A stretch of 64,000 nt of DNA from Puccinia triticina (lineage: Eukaryota): contig CP110439.1 of assembly GCA_026914245.1 (NCBI GenBank), forward strand, positions 1,798,001 to 1,862,000. The letters are read 5' to 3'. Position 1 is the first letter of the stretch; each line of letters starts with the position of its first letter. Position numbers and translations under genes: made by a program. The notes below the pieces were generated by a model. That model did no database searches. It had not been told where the DNA came from and saw only the letters and a program-made list of their open reading frames with translations. This document shows, piece after piece, positions 20,001-31,452 of the stretch.

Positions 20001-22967
20001 AAACTGAACGCCTTGACAGTTAAAAACTCCTTCCCGCTACCGCGCATAGACGATGCATATCAGTTCCTCCAAGGCGCTAAAATTTTCAGCTCTATCGACT
20101 TGAAGTCAGGATTTTGGCAAGTAAAACTGACGGAGCAATCGATTCCCAAGACGGCGTTCGCGACGCGCAACGGGTCATACGAGTTCCCAGTGATGCCGTT
20201 TGGATTGTGCAACGCGCCAGCAACCTTCCAGCACATGATGAATAATATTCTTCAGGAGTGTCTGGGTAAGTACGCTTTGGTATATATGGATGACGTAATC
20301 GTTTTCTCTAAGTCAGAAGAAGAACATAAAGCGCATATTAAAAGGATTTTTGAACTGTTAAAAAAATACGACTTGGTAGTATCCGAAAAGAAGTGCGAAT
20401 GGGGCAAGAAGGAACTAGTCTTTCTGGGGCATGTCGTCAATGGGGCAGGAATCAACGTTGACGATCAAAAAATCCAGAAAATCAAGGATTGGCCTACGCC
20501 CAGTAACATAACTGAAGTACGTGGATTTTTGAACTTGGCAACGTATTACAAAAGATTTATTAAAATTTTTTCAAAAATTGCGACGCCACTCTACAAGTTG
20601 ACCGAAGGTTCCCCGCGACGGGGCGCGGAAATTTCGTGGGGGGAAGACCAGGCGATCGCATTCAAGGACCTGAAATATCACCTGGCACGAACGGTCATCT
20701 TACACCACCCCAAGCCCTTCAACCCTTTTGTTTTGGACACCAACGCCTCGGGTCAGAACATCAGGGCCGTTCTCCAACAAGATCCCAACAGCGAAGCGAT
20801 AACCGCGGGCTTCAACCTCGAAGAATACGCCAAGGTCGTTAAAAACCACACCCTCAAGCCCATCGCCTACGAATCTCGCAAACTATCAAAGACGGAACAG
20901 AAGTATTCAGCCCAAGAAAGAGAGCTTCTGGCGATCATCCACGCACTAAAACACTTCCGCGGATACGTCGAGGGATCTCCGGTACTAGTGCGCAGTGACC
21001 ATGAGTCACTGAAACACTTTAAGACTCAAAAGGATGTGAACCGCCGCTTAGCTCGATTCGTCGATGAACTTGAATTCTTCAATGCTCATATCGTCTATCA
21101 ACCCGGACCCAAACAAATGGCCGCAGACGCACTATCTCAAAAACCGGACTGCGCCTCGGATCCTGATCCTCCAGAGGTGGCCGATTCCCTTTTCTCACTG
21201 GAACCGGTCGTCATGAAAGCCTTCAAGCAGTTACGCTGCATGAGAGATAATCATCCTGAAAACGTACGCCTGAAGGGCTTTAGCTGGAAAAACGGCAATC
21301 TGTACAGAACCTCGAAGGATTGTCCCGACACATTAATCATTCCAGAAGTAGAACGGGCGATTAAACTTGCGCAAGAAACCCACAGCCGCCTCGGACATCG
21401 CAATGCTAAAGACACCGCCTATCAGCTAAGGACTGAATGTCACTTTCCGTTTATGAACGACATCGTTGAAGAGGTGGTCAAAAATTGTACGGCATGTCAA
21501 TACTGTGCTCCAAACTCAGATCGAAACAAAATGCCTATGCAGGTGATCAAGGGCAAAGTGCCCTTCGCGACTTGGGGTATGGACTTCGTCGGACCTCTCC
21601 CGAGAACACCAAGAGGTAACCAATTCCTAGTAACTGCGATTGACTATGGTACTGGTTGGGCTTACGCTGTACCCTTAACAGCACGATCCGGTCTTGCGGC
21701 GACCAAACTGGTCAAGACCATAATCAAGAATCATGGTTTCCCGCATTCCATTACGACCGATAATGGGTCGGAATTCAACGGTCAGGTGTACCAAAAATTC
21801 TTAGCCGAGCATAACATCAAGCACAACTGGATCTCCCCCTATCACCCGCAATCGAACGGACTGGTAGAAAGATTCCACGGCATGCTCAACAACAGCCTAC
21901 GGAAAATGTGCGTTCCCAATAAACAGACCGAATGGGACCTATATGTTGGGCTGGCTCTATTCGGATATAGGTCGTCGAGAACAGCTGGACTCGAACGGTC
22001 CCCCTTTTACATGTGTTACGGCGTAGAACCCAAGGTAGCAGTATCGTCCCAAGTGGACAGACTCGAGTCGCGAACTCTTCGAGCAGACTCTTTTGCCCAA
22101 GAACGACAGGGTCAAATTGACAAGATCAATAAGAAGGCTGCCCTACGCTCCGAAAAATCAGAGACTACCTACTTCGAACGTAATCTACGTCCGGGGGAAG
22201 TGGTGTTAAGGCAATTCAAGAACCGTCCTAGTAAGTTACATCCTAAATGGGATGGACCATTTGTTATTCACTCCGCTAACGCAAATGGTAGCTTTAAATT
22301 ACAGTCTCCCAACGGACATGTTCTCAAATCTACTACTAACGGGGATCGTCTCAAACGATATCATGGTGATGCTTCGAAACTACACTTCTCCAACAATGTA
22401 CAAAAAGCTACTGGACCTCTGGGAAAAAACACAGAAACAGATCGAAGGAGTCGCAACCGATTCCCAATCATCTGAAGAACCAAGCACGGAGGCTTGGAAC
22501 TACGGAGGGGATGATGTGAAGCCGCCGGCTTACACTTCCTCTTAAGGTAATACTCCCTCTCCTCTCTTGACCGCTCTCGGTCATTCTTCTTCCCTTATAT
22601 GCCGGCTTTGGCACTATCCCTTTCTTGCTTATGTGTTGAACTATAACTCTCTTACTGCCGCTCTCGGCTAAGACTCTGTATGTAGCCGTTCGCGGCATGC
22701 TCACATTATCATCTCCACATAGTTATATCCTAAACCGTGTATATCAGTTGTCTATCGCGACCGGACTTCTCCAAGTCCGGCCACTCCTTTTGTATCCTCT
22801 TAAGACCTTATAGAGCTCATCTGATGAGCCTCTCTTGTATTCTCTTTTGTCTCCTCTCGTCGAGCCGTTCCATCCCTCGGTCTATAAATAGACCCTTCCT
22901 CCCTGCAATGGAACACCAACTAAGTTCGCTCGCATATTTCCCGCTCTTGAAACCGGCGAGCATCACA
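17005..22967 (+). mobile_element. Full-length Ty3/Gypsy LTR retrotransposon (Gypsy-2), single gag-pol ORF
   Basis: 453-bp TG..CA LTRs at 17005-17457 and 22515-22967, with 3 mismatches seen. 4-bp TSD ACCT, PPT GGAGGGGATGA, no TGG tRNA PBS. Confidence 0.96.
17802..22475 (+). CDS. Gypsy-2 Gag-Pol polyprotein, likely inactive
   Basis: PMDLD, CYNCNKIGHLSKDC, protease IINSGAG (D->N), MPFGLCNAPATF, YMDD, LDTNAS (D->N), TDNGSEF, SNGLVERF, WDGPF. Confidence 0.93.
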   Translation: MDAPMINGQIHAAQIAAREEVINNQQMQIQQLLAANANNNQRVDREPCEPRLDPVSVQLPNFDGKDNVDVWIKKIEFILTGRGQPEEKWTSMVVPHLKDSAEAFWYNLVSELNVNEMPWATFTRKLRAQFNYSHSQYDTRVELQSLRYTTAEDYINRFTRLSIKLPANTMTDDDKKFLFTFNLPGHLRVKVLGDKCETLDDLLHSLREHDRLAKSNYLRGGSSNYGNQRAFTPRSFTPSHHRRSTGNSFSFLRRNSVAPATPMDLDAVNVSKAQCYNCNKIGHLSKDCPLPRKIKYKNDNKKSRQTLNLINLDEPDSNKESPQNNLFFMAPAITLPEPRNHIKEALDKIAQNIEKKFDASIARMNQILWDTVEREKDSQLLCSRIESTLNPRARHFIPGASRHGLTRELELNALVTEADEPLRKQKHTDSIGLTHKRLRTTDTNQVDWLQLGSDHESYDFEVSSTSDNSSIIWLGDSPPELELNALNDGEQSLPRYEFGIGGVVCDTIINSGAGSIYLDVVVARDLYERKEIDIVQITPRNVRLANGHVEQVKLKGWFTLCVDNNRMEIKAFLINLPEMDLVLGLPWLCQTRAVPDYDDLSYTFIDANNKVVNVRPYNGDHRPRLGLNSMAVLTRTFDNEYLKLAYKTAPETFRVVVGLPKDKEFEHNIDTGMAGAVRSHGRPYSPPEHLLIEQFVKDGLKDGIIRPSKSPWSAPIILVRKPDGTSRACVDYCKLNALTVKNSFPLPRIDDAYQFLQGAKIFSSIDLKSGFWQVKLTEQSIPKTAFATRNGSYEFPVMPFGLCNAPATFQHMMNNILQECLGKYALVYMDDVIVFSKSEEEHKAHIKRIFELLKKYDLVVSEKKCEWGKKELVFLGHVVNGAGINVDDQKIQKIKDWPTPSNITEVRGFLNLATYYKRFIKIFSKIATPLYKLTEGSPRRGAEISWGEDQAIAFKDLKYHLARTVILHHPKPFNPFVLDTNASGQNIRAVLQQDPNSEAITAGFNLEEYAKVVKNHTLKPIAYESRKLSKTEQKYSAQERELLAIIHALKHFRGYVEGSPVLVRSDHESLKHFKTQKDVNRRLARFVDELEFFNAHIVYQPGPKQMAADALSQKPDCASDPDPPEVADSLFSLEPVVMKAFKQLRCMRDNHPENVRLKGFSWKNGNLYRTSKDCPDTLIIPEVERAIKLAQETHSRLGHRNAKDTAYQLRTECHFPFMNDIVEEVVKNCTACQYCAPNSDRNKMPMQVIKGKVPFATWGMDFVGPLPRTPRGNQFLVTAIDYGTGWAYAVPLTARSGLAATKLVKTIIKNHGFPHSITTDNGSEFNGQVYQKFLAEHNIKHNWISPYHPQSNGLVERFHGMLNNSLRKMCVPNKQTEWDLYVGLALFGYRSSRTAGLERSPFYMCYGVEPKVAVSSQVDRLESRTLRADSFAQERQGQIDKINKKAALRSEKSETTYFERNLRPGEVVLRQFKNRPSKLHPKWDGPFVIHSANANGSFKLQSPNGHVLKSTTNGDRLKRYHGDASKLHFSNNVQKATGPLGKNTETDRRSRNRFPII

Positions 22968-24034
22968 ACCTGGCAAGAGCACAGGCAGAAATGCACACAC
23001 AGCTGCGTTCATTGTGCATTTGGTGACACAAGCACTGAGGATGATTTCAGAAAGCACAAATAGAGCATGTGTAAATCATGGAGCAGGACAACTCGTGGAG
23101 GGCAGGAGCTGGATTGTGGAAGATCAAAGGTGTGGACTGGATAGAAGCAGGTGAGCCAGGGCAGCTGAAGCAGGTTCCACAGTTGGTGTAACTGGGGTGG
23201 TGGTGCTGGTGAGAGACTGACTGATGGGGGCTAGACAGAGAACATGCCACATGGGAGGTCAAGCATCAGTGAGGAGTGGAGCCTGGGTGTGTAGCATGCA
23301 GAAATGGGTGGAGCCTGGTAGTGCAGAATGTGGAGATGATGGACTAGTGCAGAATCAGATGGGAACAGAAGCAGGCAAGCGTGGAGGAGAGGGGGGGGGG
23401 AAATAGTTCATGGTTTTCTTCTCTTTTCTTATCATCATCTTACAGACTACTCATCATCGTACTTCCACTTATGGATGGTACTTTGAGTATTAAAAGAGCT
23501 TTAGTTGACCCTTATTTCTTACTTGCTGTTGTCAACTTGGTGCTTGTGGAGTGTGCAGATTCACTACATGCGGACTATTACACTCAAGTTCAGGCTCATT
23601 GTGGAGCGTTGAAGATTAGCAGAACATAGTGGTGTGGAGCAGACATCATCAATAATCACTCAAGCCCTGATAAAAAATTCTTGAAGAAGGCAGATGGGGA
23701 CATTTCTTACCATGACCAACTTTTATTTTTACACTGTCCCAAAGGAATTATCCCAGCAGTGGTCTATCACCAGGTGCCATGATTGGGAGGCTCAATGAGC
23801 AGCTCTGGTTCCAAATATGACCTCAATTTTTCCTGAAGTCTACTCCAAGACCATCTTCTTAAGGATGATGGCTCTGGGATTTTAGCCTTGGGCTGTATCT
23901 GACACCTGTTCATTCAAAAATTGCATGTATGAAAGATGTGAGATTTGCAAAGGATGTTCAAAAACTCCTTTTTCATTTTGCCCAAGCTTCTCGGAAAAGA
24001 CATACAGGGAAACAACTTGTTTGTAGTTTGGTTT

Positions 24035-24961
24035 AATTTAGGATTTAGAGAGGCATCTAGAGCTCTCTAAATGCCAATCGGAAGACCTCCAGTGTATGAT
24101 TTGCTGTTGCCATTTAGAGAGCTCTAGATGCCCCTGCAACTCATAAATCAAGACACCTACCAAAACAACAAGCAGTGCATATGAGATCAATGAACAACAT
24201 ACAGGCTTAGGAAAACATTTTCCTTTTTCCTGAAAATTAAGAGCTTGGGTGTGTAAATTGAGATCTGGGAGGCTTCCAGACTTGACAGGAAGTCATTTAG
24301 TGGAGGATGTGCAATCTGGGACCCCCACAGATGTTGGTTTAGACCCAAAAAGTCTATATTTTCACAGGGAAAGCTAGCTCTTTGGGCTCTAGATCACTTC
24401 AAGTTCTGGGAGGTCCACAGATTGGAGGACTTCCCGTTGAGTCTGGGAGCCTCCCAGATCTCAATTTACACACCCAAATTCTTAATTTTTGACAAAAAGG
24501 GAAATGTTTTCCTAGCCCTACAGTTCATTACTTTCATGTGCACTGGTTGAGTTTTTGATAGGTGTCTTAATTTAGGATTTAGAGAGGCATCTAGAGCTCT
24601 CCAAATGATGACGGGAAGTCATCCATTGACTCAAAGGAAGTGGGTGACTTCCCTTTGAGATCTGAGGGCCTCCCAGAAGTGTTCTGAAGCTTCAAAAGCT
24701 AGATTTCTATGCAAAAATTTAAACCTTTTGGGTCTATATCACCAACTGGGAGGGTCCCAGATATGACAAGAAGTCATCCAGTCATCCAGTGGTCTGGGAG
24801 CCTCCCAGATCTCAAATTACCCACCCAAACTCTTAATTTTCAGTAAAAAGGAAATGTTTTCATCCACCTTTATATTCATTGCTTTCATGTGCACCTGTTT
24901 GTTGTTTTGGTAGGTGTCTTAATTTATGAGTTAGAGGGGCATCTAGAGTTCTCTAAATGCC
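24035..24961. mobile_element. Foldback/MITE-like non-autonomous element with ~180-bp degenerate inverted repeats
   Basis: 24109-24290 is inverted relative to 24790-24961. Extra direct copies at ~24440-24607 and 24035-24075. No TSD seen. Confidence 0.6.
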
Positions 24962-25828
24962 AAGGAACACTGAATGTGCAATGCGGAATGTGAAATCAAA
25001 ATGGCATTTTCTTTTTAAAAAAAGGGAAAGCACCTCATGACCCAAGTCATTTTGAAATGCGGACCCACCATCAAAACAGGCAGACTTTGCTGTGATGGCA
25101 TTGGCTGGTGCGATGGCGCTGGCGCAGTATTGTACATACATCCGAGGGATAGCGGGGGATGGGTTGTGATGATTCCAAGGTGCAGTGCAGTCTGGGCGTA
25201 GCCTGCAGCTTGTTCAAAATCAGGCTCTACCACCAATCCCAAGAATGGAAAGTGTTTGATGGCGCTACTGTAGAAGGGCGACTGCGTCACTGGCCGAGGA
25301 GACACCTCTCCGCCCTCCAGGTCCCAGGCTTGCTATACCCTCCGGATCATGCCACAGCAGCTGTATGTGATCTGAGACGAGCCTTCGAGCGCTGGTGAAA
25401 TATGTATATGTGAGTGATGTTCGATTCATGCCTCCAAGGCCTTCGGTAGCCTTTTCAGCCCGCAGTATCGTACAAATGTCCTCTTCTGTTCTTGGTTAGT
25501 AAAAACATCCTCAAAGTTTCCTTTTCACTCTCAAAAGCCAAGTAAAGAAGCTGTCGCTTACCGATTCGATTGTGTTTTTCAATCACAGATTGACCTGCTT
25601 GTCGATCGATACATATTTAATCAGCCTCTCGAGTCCAAGGCCAGCCGTGTCGCCCCAGGTGCCTCTTCTTCTGATTAGCGAACCGTAGCGTCGTAGGAGT
25701 GCAGCTGATCGATTCCGTTCTTCAGTTGAGTCGAACACCTTGTGCAGAGGCATAGTGCGCCTCTTGGTCTAATTGGTCTACTACGTCGCTTCCATTTCAG
25801 TCGAATCAATCGTTCAGTAGTCATCACC

Positions 25829-27134
25829 ATGTCTTCATCAGAATTTCAATTGGTTCTTCGCAAGATCGTCGAGTTCAGTCAGCATTACCATGAGTCTCAG
25901 GGCCTCCATAACCCGCCGGTCAATGGAGATGCCTCCTCGGCCGGCTCGAAGCACGATAACTTGCCGGTCTTGGCCGACTTAAAAACGGCGATTCGAGTTC
26001 TTGCCGACGAGAATGTCAGCGTACCGATTCAGTTTGCCGGTCTGCTCACCGCACTAAGCGTTTCTGGTCTCGATAGGAACGAACGAGTGATCCAGACGTT
26101 CGTGCAAGAGATAATATCTCAATGGAACCTCGGCGCAGGCCTGGTCGATCGGCGACCGGACGAACACGATCCTGCCGCAAACCCGATCTGTGATATCGTT
26201 GGTACCGGTGGCGACGGCTTCAATACGTTCAACGTCAGTACAACCGCTGCTATCGTGGCCGCTGGTGCAGGTGTCAAAGTTTGCAAAGTAGGTCACTCTG
26301 GTCTTACCCTTCAACATTTAGATCTAGTCGGAGCGGCTGTCGGGCATCAGCGAATTGATAGTCTCTTTTTTCGATCACTGACTCTGTATTTAGCACGGTA
26401 ACCGAGCCGCTTCCTCGGCTTCGGGTTCAGCCGACTTGTTGATGGCTCTCGGAATACCTCTTGATCGTCTTGACCCCCCTCAGGTGGCTCAGCTCATCCA
26501 AGACCCGGAATTAGACTTCGCCTTCTTGTTTTCAGCCAAGTTCTATCCAATCTTTGCACGTCTGTCTCCGATCCGCAAAACGCTCGGCTTCCCGACCATC
26601 TTCAACCTTCTTGGGCCTCTCCTCAATCCTGTTCGGCCGGATAGACTTATCATCGGTGTCACCAAACCTGAGCTTGGCCCAATCTTCTGCAGGGTTCTCC
26701 ACCTTTGTGGAAGTGCTAAATCTTGGGTGGTGTGTAGCGAGGAAGGTCTTGACGAGATCAGCACTGCGGGAGAGACTTCTCTCTGGAGGCTCGAGTCAGA
26801 CGGATCGATCACTCACGAACGACTCTCGCCCACTCAAACTTTTGGTCTTCCTTGTCACTCTCTCGATCTATTAACTGGCGAGTCGGCTCAAGAAAACCTT
26901 CACATGCTTCATGACCTTCTTGACGGTAACTTCAAAACTGAGAAGCACAAGGCCATCCTGGATTTCGTGCTTATGAACGCTTCGGCTCTCATAGTCTTGT
27001 CCGGTAAGACCGACGATTTCAAGGAAGGTGTTAAATTGGCAAGGGACAGTCTGGTGTCCGGAAAGGCCAAGGCTACAATCAACTCTTTCAAAGAAAAGGC
27101 GCTTTCGATTGTGCCTCATAGCTCGCAAGCATAA
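25829..27134 (+). CDS. TRP4: Anthranilate phosphoribosyltransferase (2 exons, intron 26288-26393)
   Basis: [51 protein letters not shown]. Confidence 0.95.
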
Positions 27135-28006
27135 TCAATTAATCTTCAATCAACCAGATCACAGTAAAATCGACCTCGAATCAGTTTTTTTGCTGAAATA
27201 ATATACCCGAAGAGATGATAGACGCCTAATCATTCACATGAACTCACTCCTTATAACCCTTCTTGTCAGAATTACTTAACTAGCTAGATACCTCTCTCAA
27301 GATTGTCTTCACAATTAGCCGCAGCAATGTGTTTGTTTTTCTTCAACAACAAAAAATTCCGAATTACTCCCCATACTATTGTTATGTTACCCTACGCACT
27401 ACTGTTTGTCGTTGCTATCGAAGACATGTGCGAGACCAAAGAGGCGTACATCCCGAAACGTACACACACTGCAGAGGGCAGATAACCTCGATCCACATCA
27501 GAAACACGTAATATGGATGTTGTCCCGGCGGGTTCCCGTTCAACTGTCCAAAATCAAAGGGCTTCTTGAAACCCGAAACAGTGACTGTCGGCAGATGCAG
27601 AACTCACATGAGTGCAGTGGCTGCGATTGCTGTGCCGTCCCTTGTTTTGTTCCTTTGTTGCCGCGGCCCTCGCATCAAGAGAGGTCCCTGCTTATGAAAC
27701 TCATGTGCCGGCCGACAACGTGAATGCAGTAGGCTGCTCAGCACACTGGCTTATGGCCCAATTAACCGGTGCTGTTCGATCAGAGATGGCGGTGCTCCTC
27801 ATCTATCGGGCAATCTGACGGTTGGCCCCATTCGGGTAACCTGCTGGGCACGTCCTGATCCGGTCGATCATCCTCATCATCCACTCCTATTTATAAATCA
27901 CGATTGCAGTTTTCCACTCCTCTGGACCAACCTGCCTTACTTACACCTTCAACCAACAACCTGCAAGTCTAGTGATAGTAAAGATATTTAAACTTCGACA
28001 ATCAAA

Positions 28007-28934
28007 ATGGGTGAGTCGAGGTCGTGCTCTCCTTCCCATTGTCTCGCCATCCGCACGATCACAGAGGGATATTCTGTATCGTTGCATTCAGGTGAACTGG
28101 TTCTGCGCTGATGCTGATTGGTAATCTTCGTTGACCGCTGGATAGGTTTCTTTCATCACGAATCTGAAGAGGCCAAGCAGGTTGACACTTTTTTCTTTTC
28201 TCTTTACCACCTCCGGGCGACTTCCTGGGGGATGGGATATTGACTCTTGATTCATTGTGAACCAAAGTACACCGATTTCAATGACTTCGCTCCAATCCGA
28301 GAACATAAATCCAAGTGAGTGTGTGTTCCAAATGGATTCCTTTCTCTTCCCTTCCGGCATGCTTGACACACAAACTGACGAGAGCGCTTGCATCACAATC
28401 TCTGGAAAAAGAATTTCGCATGAGCTGATCAGCGGAGCGGCTGCTTTCGAGGCTGCAAAAGCTTGGGAGGACCACAAGTTGAGTTTAAAAATGAAATTCA
28501 TGTCTCCGTTGACTAACTCACGTTCAAACGGCACACCTTCTGTAGAAAAGCAAACGGCGAGCCGGAAAATCATGCCAAGGTCTGTCGTCACTTTCCCCCG
28601 ATACAATTGGAATGAAAACTTATTCCTAGCTCTTTCAATTCCGTAGGCAAAGGAAATCGCGGCGGGCATGGCTGGGTCTGTCGCAGACCCGTTCGATCCT
28701 AAAAGAACTCGATTATGCTGAACAAGTGATCATTAATCAGGGCGTTTGTAGACCGCATGGTTGAAACTCACGGCTTGGACTACATCGACCGAGAAAGAGC
28801 GAAGCGAGAAGCCCGAGAGAGAATTGAGGTAGGTTATACCTTTAGGTGCTTTCTAGTTTATTCCAATGGCCAATCGTTGATTCCATCGACAACATCTTGG
28901 CTTTCAGGGCGCTATCGACGACAACGGCTACTGA
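28007..28934 (+). CDS. CipC-like / DUF3759 small protein, 8 short exons
   Basis: Manual splicing gives MGFFHHESEEAKQYTDFNDFAPIREHKSKISHELISGAAAFEAAKAWEDHKKANGEPENHAKAKEIAAGMAGAFVDRMVETHGLDYIDRERAKREARERIEGAIDDNGY*. TATAAA at ~27892. Confidence 0.85.
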
Positions 28935-29867
28935 GGCACGTACGGGTGGCATCCAGGTCACCAGGTGACTGACTACACGAGACTGCTGCGTGGAAAATTG
29001 CTCCCACATGTTGTCATCGCTCGAAAAACGCGGCACATGAGCACACAGGAGAGCAAGAGTCCCGCAGGCTATTCCCTCTTACGTGTATCATCTATGTGTG
29101 ATCTATGACCCGCTAACAAGCTTTGCCTGTAAAGAAATACAGCAATGTACCAAGTTGTTGAATGTGACGGTTCGTCTTGGTCGTCGCCTCTTTCCTGTTT
29201 GCCATCTTTTAGTGCCTGACACTTACATACCTTTACCTGCTTGACCTGAGTGTCGGGAGCAAAAGAAATGAAACCATATGAGTTTGGGAATCAGCATTCC
29301 ATCTCATCTTGATTGAGAACACTGATAATCACATCGATGACGCACATGTTGGAGCCACGAAATCATCTAAACTGACACAAGTTCCTTCAGGGCACACTTC
29401 AATGGCGTGTCCGGAAGCACTTTGTAAGGGTTGAATCCCTTCACTCAAGCTGGAGACGGAGGAGCAGCGGAATGGGCGCGGAGGTGGAGTTCTAGGACCA
29501 AACTCTGGGGGCTTTGATTACTAGATCTGGCTGGCTCAGAGAGAAGAGGGATCAGTTCTCTCTGTGAGAAGCATGAGAGAGAAAGACAAGAGAAGAATGA
29601 AAGAGCTTACCTGGCTCAGAGAGAAGAGGGATCAGTTCTCTGCTGAGCCAGGGATGAAAGATGACTGGGCTATATACAATACTGTGACAGGCTTGTGTCA
29701 TCCAATGACATCTTGTAAGCCCAACAGAGGAGGGGGCTTACAGTCTCCCCTCCTATAAAAAAAGAGTAAAGTGAAAAACATTTAAGAAGGGAGACAAGGG
29801 GAGTGATTGGAAATAGGATTCATGTGCCATACAATTGTTCCTGTTCATCATTAAACTCATCCAGTGC

Positions 29868-30197
29868 CAACGGTGGGCCGTTACAGTTAACCGTAACTGT
29901 AAAGTATTGTAAAGTATCAAAAAATAAGTTACAATACAGAAAATTAAGATTATCAAGTGTATAAAATAAGTTAACTATAACACCCACGGGTGCAAAAATT
30001 TGCAAAAATACCCTAAATAACAGCAAATATTGGCCATTTTTCATAGATACAGCCAAAAACGTGTTGTAATTTATTGTAAAGTATTGAAAATTCGATATTT
30101 TTTTGATAAAATTAACACCTTTTTCTTAAAAATAACGGTCAATGCGTTACGCGTTTAGGCCTAAATATCGTAACGTAACACATCGGCCCAACCGTTG
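29868..30197. mobile_element. MITE, CAACGGT termini, 7-bp TSD CCAGTGC
   Basis: Inverted ends CAACGGTGGGCCG / CGGCCCAACCGTTG. TSD at 29861-29867 and 30198-30204. Confidence 0.85.
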
Positions 30198-30963
30198 CCA
30201 GTGCTTCTTGGAGTAATCTGTGATATTCTTCATCCTGGGAGCAGGAGGATGATGTGGTCTTGACGATTGGGATGGTCTGGGGGAAAGGGACAGGTGGGCT
30301 GAATGGAGGGAAGGGGGTACTGGAGGCAGAAGATGGGGCCAAGTGTGCGACGGGGGGCGCAGACACTGCCAGAGAAGGGTGCAAGTTACGTGGGGCGGAG
30401 GAGGGCAAGCAAGGTGTTGACGCAGGGGCCAAAAGCGGTGAGCAGACGGCCATGTGGTTTGGGGACTGCGGAGGAGATGAGGCTGGCGAGGGAGACAGGG
30501 AGCAATGGGCTGTGGCTGGAGAGGTGGAAGACTGCGGCGAGGGCGGTGGAGAGGAGGAGCGGATGGTTGAGTCGTCGGAGAGAGAGGTGGCTGTGGAGGA
30601 TTGGTTCCTGGTGGCTGAGTGGGCGAGTGCAGGCGGCGGAAGGAGCAAAGGCAACAAGTAGATAGCTGGCTGGTTAGCCGGCTTGGTTGTGCTGTTTGGG
30701 TTGTCTTCCCACAGGTGATTGCTTGGAGGCGTACAAGGTGGCTGGCAAATGGGAGGACGGCTCCTGGTCGGGGTCTTGTTTGGTGGGAAGGAGCAGCTCG
30801 TCGAACTGGTTCAGTGGAGGCTGGTGGTGCTCGGGAGGGCTGGGGGCGGTGAGGGGCAGTGCCGGGGGACAGCAAGAGGGGGTAGAGTGATGCAGGCGGA
30901 GCAGAGTGGGCGTCGGAGCCAGAGAAGAAGCGGCTGGTGAGGCCTGAGGGACGGGGGCTGGAG

Positions 30964-31452
30964 CAACGGTGTATCCGCTGCGCTACGCTAAAAAAAGCGG
31001 CCTTTTAGCGCAGCACAGCGGTTGACCGCTACGTGACCAGACCAAAAAGCAATAGCGCAGCGAGAACACCGCTGCGCTACTCGCTATGCGTAGCGATTGT
31101 CTGCTACCCTCCCAGGGCCATTAGCAAAAGCGCAGCGAAAGCAAAAATTTGCTACGCTACCCGCTAAATTAGCGGATAGCAGAACAGTTTTATGTTCTAA
31201 ACATGTTTCTATGTGGTTTAAAACCTTTTTCTTTTTTTTTTTTTGGCTCCCACATGGCATAGAGAAAAGTGGCGCTGACCGCTACATGTTCGCTTCTTTA
31301 GCGCGCCATTTTTTGATTTTTTTCCCGGAGAAATCAAAAAGCGCGTAGCGCAGCAATCTGCCCGCTGCGCGTAGCGCGTAGCGCAGCGACTCGAAAAATC
31401 GCTGCGCTAACCGCTTTGCTGCGCTAAACGCAGCGCAGCGGATACACCGTTG
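30964..31452. mobile_element. MITE, CAACGGT termini, 7-bp TSD GCTGGAG
   Basis: ~22-bp TIR CAACGGTGTATCCGCTGCGCT, subterminal GCGCTA/TAGCGC motifs, TSD at 30957-30963 and 31453-31459. Confidence 0.88.

Noticed and set aside
22972..23060. Similarity to 49105-49195
   Set aside because: It is a real degenerate dispersed repeat, but neither boundaries nor class could be determined.
24953..25430. Possible gene divergent from TRP4
   Set aside because: Stops occur in all frames and no domain is recognisable.
30139..30960. Pro/Ser-rich ORFs
   Set aside because: Low-complexity interior of the non-autonomous LTR element, interrupted by MITEs.
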